Source: a virus. From it: a DNA stretch of 64,000 bases. The notes below the pieces were generated by a model. It saw only the letters and a program-made list of their open reading frames with translations, did no database searches and was not told where the DNA came from. A program made the translations under genes and the position numbers. The stretch is taken from the IMG/VR virus record IMGVR_UViG_3300021963_000040, positions 1 through 64,000 of that record. The stretch is one strand, 5' to 3'. How positions within the stretch are numbered: position 1 is the stretch's first letter; every line of letters begins with the position of its first letter. This document shows positions 56,795-64,000 of this stretch, one piece after another.

Positions 56795-59700
56795 ATGCCA
56801 GTAGACCAAAATAATAAGCGCACAAAACAGTTACGTTTACGACGAGGAACAACTGCCGAACACGAAAATTTTGTAGGCGCATTAGGCGAAGTAACATTTG
56901 ATACTACAAAGAATACACTTAGAGTACACGACAGCACGTTAGAAGGCGGTCATGTCATTGCTACTGAATCTTTTGTCAGCGGTGTATTTGATGGTGTATT
57001 AGATATAATAGAAGGTCAAGTTGGACCACAAGGACCACAAGGACCACAGGGCGAAACTGGACCACAAGGACCGCAAGGCGAAACTGGCCCACAGGGCGAA
57101 ACTGGCCCACAAGGACCGCAAGGCGAAACTGGCCCTCAGGGTGTATCTATAACACTACAAGGAATGGTAGCAACATCTGCCGACTTACCAGAAACTTCTA
57201 CATTAAACAATGCCTACATAGCACAAGACACTGGAGATCTTTGGGTTTGGTCAGCCGCAAGCCAATGGGAAAATGCAGGTCATATTGTAGGACCACAAGG
57301 ATTACAAGGACCACAGGGCGAAACTGGCCCACAAGGACCACAGGGCGAAACTGGCCCACAAGGCGAAACCGGCCCACAAGGCGAAACTGGACCACAGGGC
57401 GAAACTGGCCCACAAGGCGATCCAGGACCTGCTCCTTATCAACAAGGTAATCCGTTTGCATGGTCAGGTACTGCCCTTTACAACGCCAACGATGTTGTTT
57501 CTTACGGTGGATCTTTTTGGATTCTAAGTGATCCTACTAACTATATACAAAGTCCTACTCCAGATGCTGGCTACGGCTGGACACAGTTTTATCTAACAGG
57601 AACAGGCACCGATACAGGTAATTTTAGATTTAATAATAACATTTTATATACTAATGCCGGACAAAGCATTTACATTGACCCTAGCAACGACGAAGGAGAT
57701 ACCGGATTTATCTTTGTGCCTGGGCCAGGCACAGCTGATATAGATCCTGTACAAATTTACAATCAATTGTCAGGCGGTGTACGAATTGGTAGTAGCAATA
57801 GTCTTTGGACATTTGGTTCAAGTGGTACATTAACATTACCAAATAACACAACTGTTGGCAACAATCTAGAAGGTACATATTCAAGTACATTCCTTTGTTT
57901 ACAATATGGTGTCACCGATCAAACCAGCGGATACTTTTCATCTAATAGTATCACACGCCCAATCTTTAATCCTCTTATCTCCACAATATCTGTTGGATGG
58001 TTTGTAAGTGGGCCGGGATTAACTGGCGTTAAAGAAATTATAGACATAGTAGAAATGGGCGAGGGGGATCGAGCATTCATAGTAGATCTAACCGATGGAT
58101 CACTTTGGGCAGATCTCAGCGTTGATATTCCTTACAGATTCTATTCACCAGATTATGCTCTTACACTCAATGGTACTAAATTAACAGTTAATTCAAACGA
58201 GTGGAAGTTTAATCAAGCCGGTCATCTAACTGTGCCTGGTGACATTCATGAAAAGGTCGGTAACGATTTAGAAATAGCCGTTCATAATAATCGAAACAAC
58301 GATGGTACACCCGGTAGCGCAGTTTTATCATTAACAAACAATGATGCCGTTGACTTCCAGACCTATACAACACTTGAAGTAGGCGCTTACGATATTAAAC
58401 TGAACACTGACTACGAGGGTGTGTTTACTGGTGCTAGACGCACATGGGAATTTAAACGAAACGGTACATTAACATTTCCAGATTTAACAGAACAAACTAC
58501 CGCTTGGACTGGTTCAGTATCTTCAATAAGTAGCGGACCTACGGCACCCGGTAGTGCTGTTGTGGCTGGCGAAAATGATGTAGATTTTAATTTTAGTGAC
58601 GGTGTTGGTACAGCAGTTAGTGTTACCAGAGACAGTGAAATTGTTTCATCAAAGCCAGTAGGATTAACACTAGCGTCAAATTATGATGTAAAGATTGTAA
58701 CAGATTTTACAGATAACAATCGTACCTGGACATTCGAAGGCTCAACAGGAAATGTAGAGTTACCGAGAGGTAGTATTATTGGAGAAACAAGCAATACTAC
58801 AATTATCACACCTCCTACAGCAACTCCAGACCAAAGCCTAGTTATTCGTCCAACTGCATCTCAGTGGACTATAGAGTCTAGTGGTTTTGTTGTTTACGGT
58901 AGTCCTATTACAATTACTTTAACTTTGCAAAACTGGACATACTTTGGAACAGTTAACTATGAAATTACTGGTCCGGGTGTAACCGAGCAATCGCTGGGTC
59001 GTCCATTGACTGGTAAATTAATTTATGCAGGAGTTGTGGGCGGGCCCGACGCACAGTCTGTTACCTGGACTATACCTGCTGACAGCGTTATCACTGAGTT
59101 TACTTTTACAGTAACTGGAGTTGATGGTACTCAATCTACTAATTATCTAACAGAAAATGATCCGGCGTTGTATTATAACTTCGAATGGAATGCAATGCCT
59201 ACTGGTTATTCTACTACAGTAACTAACAACGGCATATCTAACACAGAATTCAGTCATATACATTTAGTAGCCGGAGATCCTGCAACAGTTGACCTTTATC
59301 TAGGCGATGACGATCAATATGTTAAGATTGAAAAAAATGCTGGCGATGTAGTAATCGGCACTAACGCAAATACTAAAAATTGGAGATTTGACACAGACGG
59401 TACTACAACATTCCCTGCTGGTAGCAAGATATCTAACTATCCAGGATACCCAGGTGGTGACAGTTGGTTTGTAACTCCTGCCATCAACGCAGGCGGTGTA
59501 GCCAGTGCCGATGGTCAACAGTATATACAGGTAAACAATGGCTATGGTGTAGAAATAGGTACAGGATGGCCTGCAACTTCCCACGCTTGGCATTTTGGCT
59601 TAGATGGTAAGTTAACATTGCCAAGCGGAAGCAGTATTCTTGATCTTCAAATCACAGGAGGTCCAACTACTGATAGCTTAATGATATTGGGTGCCGGTGC

Positions 59701-61204
59701 CACTGTTGCTGAAAATCAAAGAGCGGCTCGTATAGCACTAAACGGTGATGTTGAGGGAGTTGCTATTGGTGCTGGTACTAAAGATTGGCAGTTTACTAAT
59801 AATGGTAATTTAACAGTTCCTAATAGCGGCATAATTACTACAACTCAAGATGGTTCATTAAGTGTTCGTGCTTATATTGAAAACACTAATCCTAATGATG
59901 GTGATATTTTATCAGGCGGACTATTTGTAAACGGACAACAAGTCAGCATTAGTTATACACAATATAGTACAATGCAAGGTGGCCCTTTCCCAGGTAAACA
60001 ATGGGATTTCAATCCTACTAGCGGTGAAACACAAATCCCTGGCGGTATTAGATTTAAAACAGACAACAGTCTGCAGACCACAGCCTGGACTGGTTCTATA
60101 TCTTTAAATCAAATAGAAAATTTTAACGTTTCGGCTACTCCTACAGCAGGACAAGTATTAAAGTTTGATGGTACTAACTGGGTCAACGGCGCAGACAACA
60201 CTGGTGCCGGCGGTAGTGGCATAGCACTAACAGATCTAAGTGTAGGTACTCCTAATGCCGCTAGCGGAAGCGGTGCTATTAGTTATAACAATACCAGCGG
60301 GGTATTTAAATACACCCCTCCTGATTTAAGCAGTTATGTAACTTCTAGCTCACTAACAACTACACTAGGTAATTACGCAACCACTAGCTCATTGAGTAAC
60401 TATGTAACCAGCAGTTCACTGACAACTACATTGGGCGACTATGTTACAAATAATTCATTAACAACTACATTAGGTAATTACGCGACTACTAGTTCGTTAA
60501 GCAATTACGTAACTTCTAGCTCACTAACAACTACATTAGGTAATTACGTTACAAGTTCAACTCTGTCAGGATATAATTACATTACTACAGGTAGCCTAAG
60601 TGTAACACAGAATAGTCCTGCTACTACAGGTTCTTTAACTTACAGTAACGGTGTCTTTACATTTACACCTACAGCACCTTATACTTTACCAACTGCAACA
60701 GGATCAGTGCTAGGCGGTGTTAAGATTGGGCCAGGTATTGCTATCGACGGTAACGGAGTAATCAGTACCACTAACACCACTAACCAAAATACATCTACAA
60801 CTAGCAACGTAACATTTAACAACGTTACAACAACAGGACAGATTGTAGAAAGTTTCCAAACATACAGTACTTCTATTAGTTCTGGTGCAACAGTAACCCT
60901 TAACTGTACTAATGGTAGCCTATGGAATATTACCAGTACAGTAGCAGGTAACTGGACTGCGGCTGTAACTAACCTTGCAATGACCTTGGGGCAAGCAACT
61001 AGTGTATCTTTAATTATTAACCAAGGTGCTACTGCTTATTTGCCAACAGCACTTTCAGTTAACGGTACATCAGTAACTATTAACTGGCAGGGCGGATCAG
61101 TTCCTACAGGTAACAACAGCAAGAAAGATATTGTATCATTTAGCATATTGCAAACAGGCGCTAGTGCATATCTAGTATTTGGTCAGTTAGTAACATTTGG
61201 ATAA
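56795..61204 (+). CDS. Mosaic tail fibre with an Mtd-N-like N-terminus and collagen-like segments
   Basis: [33 protein letters not shown] (Mtd N-terminal type); G-X-Y runs; repeated W.F...G.LT.P units; [18 protein letters not shown]. Confidence 0.82.
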   Translation: MPVDQNNKRTKQLRLRRGTTAEHENFVGALGEVTFDTTKNTLRVHDSTLEGGHVIATESFVSGVFDGVLDIIEGQVGPQGPQGPQGETGPQGPQGETGPQGETGPQGPQGETGPQGVSITLQGMVATSADLPETSTLNNAYIAQDTGDLWVWSAASQWENAGHIVGPQGLQGPQGETGPQGPQGETGPQGETGPQGETGPQGETGPQGDPGPAPYQQGNPFAWSGTALYNANDVVSYGGSFWILSDPTNYIQSPTPDAGYGWTQFYLTGTGTDTGNFRFNNNILYTNAGQSIYIDPSNDEGDTGFIFVPGPGTADIDPVQIYNQLSGGVRIGSSNSLWTFGSSGTLTLPNNTTVGNNLEGTYSSTFLCLQYGVTDQTSGYFSSNSITRPIFNPLISTISVGWFVSGPGLTGVKEIIDIVEMGEGDRAFIVDLTDGSLWADLSVDIPYRFYSPDYALTLNGTKLTVNSNEWKFNQAGHLTVPGDIHEKVGNDLEIAVHNNRNNDGTPGSAVLSLTNNDAVDFQTYTTLEVGAYDIKLNTDYEGVFTGARRTWEFKRNGTLTFPDLTEQTTAWTGSVSSISSGPTAPGSAVVAGENDVDFNFSDGVGTAVSVTRDSEIVSSKPVGLTLASNYDVKIVTDFTDNNRTWTFEGSTGNVELPRGSIIGETSNTTIITPPTATPDQSLVIRPTASQWTIESSGFVVYGSPITITLTLQNWTYFGTVNYEITGPGVTEQSLGRPLTGKLIYAGVVGGPDAQSVTWTIPADSVITEFTFTVTGVDGTQSTNYLTENDPALYYNFEWNAMPTGYSTTVTNNGISNTEFSHIHLVAGDPATVDLYLGDDDQYVKIEKNAGDVVIGTNANTKNWRFDTDGTTTFPAGSKISNYPGYPGGDSWFVTPAINAGGVASADGQQYIQVNNGYGVEIGTGWPATSHAWHFGLDGKLTLPSGSSILDLQITGGPTTDSLMILGAGATVAENQRAARIALNGDVEGVAIGAGTKDWQFTNNGNLTVPNSGIITTTQDGSLSVRAYIENTNPNDGDILSGGLFVNGQQVSISYTQYSTMQGGPFPGKQWDFNPTSGETQIPGGIRFKTDNSLQTTAWTGSISLNQIENFNVSATPTAGQVLKFDGTNWVNGADNTGAGGSGIALTDLSVGTPNAASGSGAISYNNTSGVFKYTPPDLSSYVTSSSLTTTLGNYATTSSLSNYVTSSSLTTTLGDYVTNNSLTTTLGNYATTSSLSNYVTSSSLTTTLGNYVTSSTLSGYNYITTGSLSVTQNSPATTGSLTYSNGVFTFTPTAPYTLPTATGSVLGGVKIGPGIAIDGNGVISTTNTTNQNTSTTSNVTFNNVTTTGQIVESFQTYSTSISSGATVTLNCTNGSLWNITSTVAGNWTAAVTNLAMTLGQATSVSLIINQGATAYLPTALSVNGTSVTINWQGGSVPTGNNSKKDIVSFSILQTGASAYLVFGQLVTFG
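57014..57431 (+). repeat. Two collagen-like (GPQ/GET)n blocks
   Basis: Tandem GGACCACAA / GGCGAAACT 9-bp units at about 57014-57143 and 57290-57431. Confidence 0.92.
60325..60570 (+). repeat. Ser/Thr-rich tandem repeats (L[SG][11 protein letters not shown] / LGNYATTSS)
   Basis: Several imperfect copies visible in both protein and DNA. Confidence 0.85.
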
Positions 61205-61207
61205 TAT

Positions 61208-61996
61208 ATGAGTTTTGGATTAACATCTAGTTTTAGTAGAGGTTTTGTTGCTGGTCAGAGGCCACTGGTAATTAGTTCTGCTAGTCAGTTACCTAACCTA
61301 GAAGTCTGGTACGATGCGGCCGGCGGCACTAACTTTAATAAGACTACATCTATTACCAATGGCACATCAATTACATCATGGCAAAACGGTGGCGGCTTAG
61401 TAAGCCATGATTGGAACTCAACTGGTGGCAACAGACCTGTGTGGAATAGTAATATTCAAAACGGTCTGGGCGTCGCACGTTTTAATCCAACTGGCGCGAC
61501 TACACAGTTTTTATCTATTAACCCTATTGCATACTTACAGGCATTGCCAGCCGCCACTATGGTGTTGTTGTTTAGAACATCTACAGTTGCGGCAGGTAGA
61601 AGAATTGCAACATCTACAAATACTGGAGGATTCCAATGGGGTCAAAACGGCACACAATGGGTAGGACAATTTTCTGGTGCGTCATTTACTGTGGATAACC
61701 ATATTGCCGATACTAACTTCCATCACATTGCTCTAACATTTGACGGCGCTCAAACAGGTAACACCAATAGACTAAAAGCACGTTTAGACGGTTCAGATAC
61801 TCCTATTACTTACACAACAAACGTTAACGCTACTACTAGCGCCGCGGCGTCAACATTTTATGGCGGGCTTGATCAAACTGGTAACAGCGGATATTGGCAA
61901 GGCGATATCGGCGAACTAATGATTTGGACTAGAGCACTAACAGTATCTGAATTATTATCAGTTGAAGGTTACCTAACTAACAAGTGGGCAGTATAA
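61208..61996 (+). CDS. LamG/concanavalin-like virion protein
   Basis: LEVWYDA, HHIALTFDG and WQGDIGELMIWTRALT..E...VEGYLTNKW. Confidence 0.8.
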   Translation: MSFGLTSSFSRGFVAGQRPLVISSASQLPNLEVWYDAAGGTNFNKTTSITNGTSITSWQNGGGLVSHDWNSTGGNRPVWNSNIQNGLGVARFNPTGATTQFLSINPIAYLQALPAATMVLLFRTSTVAAGRRIATSTNTGGFQWGQNGTQWVGQFSGASFTVDNHIADTNFHHIALTFDGAQTGNTNRLKARLDGSDTPITYTTNVNATTSAAASTFYGGLDQTGNSGYWQGDIGELMIWTRALTVSELLSVEGYLTNKWAV

Positions 61997-61999
61997 ACA

Positions 62000-62028
62000 T
62001 TGACTTATCTTGGCTAATAGTATAAACT
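62000..62028 (+). promoter_or_regulatory. Sigma70-type promoter for primase-helicase
   Basis: TTGACT-17-TAAACT; ATG 62035 follows after a 6-nt gap. Confidence 0.65.
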
Positions 62029-62034
62029 ATATAC

Positions 62035-63045
62035 ATGAGCCTTGTCCAGTCGACACTACGTCAATTCTTGCCTACACAAAAGGTAAGTTCTAGCGGCTGG
62101 TTAAGTTTCAATTGTCCAGTATGCACTCAAAATGGTCAAACTAGGCCAGACACTCGGAAACGTGGCGGGGTCCGTTTTCCGGATTCAGACAGTTTCCAAT
62201 ATAATTGTTTCAATTGCCATTTTACTACAGGTTGGAGTCCTGGTCGAGGATTAAGCAGTAGAGCAAAGTTATTATTCAAATCATTAGGTATGCAAGAAGC
62301 AGATGTACAGCGTTTGCAACTTGAATTAATGAGAGAACAAGAACAACAAAACCTACTTGCAGAATACAAACGTAAAGAAGAACGTGTTAAGTTTGTTCCA
62401 AATTGGAATGCAGTAAATTTACCAGCCGGAGCAGAACCTCTATTAAAATCAACTAGTCCTTTTGCTGAAGAAGGTAGAAAATATTTGGAGTCTAGAAACA
62501 TACTAGACTTGACCAATTGGTATTGGAGTGACTTAGAAGCATTTAACATGATGTGTCGAGTTATACTTCCATTAACATATAAAGGACAAGTAGTAGGATA
62601 TCATGCACGTTGGATAGGAACCCCTCCTACAAAAGAGAATGCCAAGGTAATTAAAGAACAGCCCAGGGATTATGTATTTGGTTACGACTTACAAGAAGAA
62701 ACTAGAGAATATGTAATTGTAGTAGAAGGTGAATATGATGCATTATCCATAGGTGGTATGGCTATTGGCAGTAACAGCATTTCAGAAAATCAAGCAGACG
62801 TCATAAACAGTTTAGGTAAACAGGTTATTGCCGTTGCCGACCGAGACAAAGCAGGATTCAAATTTAGCGGAGATGCTATCAAACATAATTGGGCCATGAG
62901 CTTTCCGGAGTGGGACAGTGACATTAAAGACGTTGCTGACGCATGCCAACGTTATGGTAGGTTATTTGTGTTGAGATCTATTCTTGACGCAGTAGAGACA
63001 AATCCAGTAAAATTACAAGTATTAGCGAGAACACATTGTGAGTGA
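62035..63045 (+). CDS. gp61: DNA primase (T4 gp61-like)
   Basis: Zn-binding CPVC...YNCFNC; TOPRIM motifs VVEGEYDA and ADRDKAG; IKDVAD. Confidence 0.9.
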   Translation: MSLVQSTLRQFLPTQKVSSSGWLSFNCPVCTQNGQTRPDTRKRGGVRFPDSDSFQYNCFNCHFTTGWSPGRGLSSRAKLLFKSLGMQEADVQRLQLELMREQEQQNLLAEYKRKEERVKFVPNWNAVNLPAGAEPLLKSTSPFAEEGRKYLESRNILDLTNWYWSDLEAFNMMCRVILPLTYKGQVVGYHARWIGTPPTKENAKVIKEQPRDYVFGYDLQEETREYVIVVEGEYDALSIGGMAIGSNSISENQADVINSLGKQVIAVADRDKAGFKFSGDAIKHNWAMSFPEWDSDIKDVADACQRYGRLFVLRSILDAVETNPVKLQVLARTHCE

Positions 63046-64000
63046 TACAGTAGAATATTCAGAAGATATACAAAGGTTATTTTTAGAGTTCTTAGCCAGC
63101 GATAAAGAACTTGTTGCACGTTGCACAAGTATCTTAGATCCTGCTTTCTTTCATAGAACACTACAACCTACAGCAGAGTTTATTAAGAAGTTTGTAGACG
63201 AATACGGTGCAATCCCGTCAGTAGAACAAATACACGCAACCACAGGAGTTCAACTTAAAGGTGTAGGTGTAATTAGCGAAGAACACCAAAAATGGTTCTT
63301 AGATGAATTTGAGCAGTTTAGTAAGCACAAGGCTTTAGAAAAAGCTATTCTTAAGTCAGCAGACTTATTAGAAAAGAATGACTACGGTAAAGTAGAAAAG
63401 TTAATCAAAGAAGCAATAGAAGTAGGGCTTGCTAAGAGCTTTGGTACAGATTACTTTGCTGACCCAATGGGTCGTTTACAAAATTTAAAAAGTAAAAATG
63501 GTGCAACTAGTACAGGCTGGAAAAGCATGGATGAAAAGTTGTATGGCGGTTTTAACAGGGGCGAGCTTAATATTTTTGCTGGCGGATCTGGTGCAGGTAA
63601 ATCCCTGTTCTTACAAAACTTAGCACTAAACTGGGTGCGACAAGGATTAAACGTTGTTTATGTAAGTTTGGAACTTAGCGAAGGACTATGTAGTATGCGT
63701 ATGGACAGTATGCTTACTGGAACTAGTACCCGTGAAATTTACAAGCAATTAGAAGACGTTGATCTTAAAGTCCGAATGGCCGGTAAGAAAGCAGGTAAAC
63801 TACAAATTGTACAGCTACCCAACGGTATTACAGTTAACGACTTAAAAAGCTGGTTAAAAGAGTTTACTATTCAACAAGGTGCCAAAGTAGACTGCGTAGT
63901 TATTGACTATTTAGATTTAATGATGCCCGCAGGCCAAAAAATTAGTGTTGCTGACTTGTTTATTAAGGACAAGCTAGTATCCGAAGAATTACGTAATTTT
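63038..64000 (+). CDS. gp41: Replicative DnaB-like helicase (T4 gp41-like), 3'-truncated
   Basis: Translated by hand from GTG 63038: STGWKSMD..LYGGFNRGELNIFAGGSGAGKSLFL, YVSLELSE and VIDYLDLM; open to the window end. Confidence 0.92.
   Translation, partial: MSDTVEYSEDIQRLFLEFLASDKELVARCTSILDPAFFHRTLQPTAEFIKKFVDEYGAIPSVEQIHATTGVQLKGVGVISEEHQKWFLDEFEQFSKHKALEKAILKSADLLEKNDYGKVEKLIKEAIEVGLAKSFGTDYFADPMGRLQNLKSKNGATSTGWKSMDEKLYGGFNRGELNIFAGGSGAGKSLFLQNLALNWVRQGLNVVYVSLELSEGLCSMRMDSMLTGTSTREIYKQLEDVDLKVRMAGKKAGKLQIVQLPNGITVNDLKSWLKEFTIQQGAKVDCVVIDYLDLMMPAGQKISVADLFIKDKLVSEELRNF

Noticed and set aside
1-64000. Stop-codon reassignment, tRNA genes or rRNA
   Set aside because: Core genes are intact in code 11 and TAA, TAG and TGA all terminate genes. 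The short intergenic gaps show no cloverleaf by eye; tRNAscan-SE was not run.

Overview
This window is part of a large, AT-rich, T4-superfamily myophage genome read in the standard code. I found no host genes, tRNAs, CRISPR arrays, integrase or reverse transcriptase. From left to right it holds: a truncated tape-measure-like gene; the head module (portal, prohead core, protease, scaffold, major capsid protein); and a ~19 kb adhesion locus. That locus has a 3484-aa fibre with a C-terminal S74 chaperone, six tandem ~200-aa paralogues, three glycine-rich adhesin-like paralogues and two fibre chaperones. Next come an inverted gp14/gp15/Nudix block, gp13, nucleotide enzymes, sheath, tube, gp4, terminase, gp32/UvsX/UvsY, a variable early region with repeated promoter cassettes, UvsW, a 194-aa DnaE-like polymerase core, a second fibre, primase and a truncated helicase. 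The most notable observations are: (1) the 3+3+3 paralogue array, in which each conserved C-terminus encodes the next gene's Shine-Dalgarno at an invariant spacing; (2) a miniature C-family polymerase core; (3) hairpins that would mask late-gene start sites on read-through transcripts; (4) many apparently leaderless genes; and (5) repeated palindrome/stem-loop/sigma70 promoter cassettes. All family calls come from motif recognition by eye, not from database searches.
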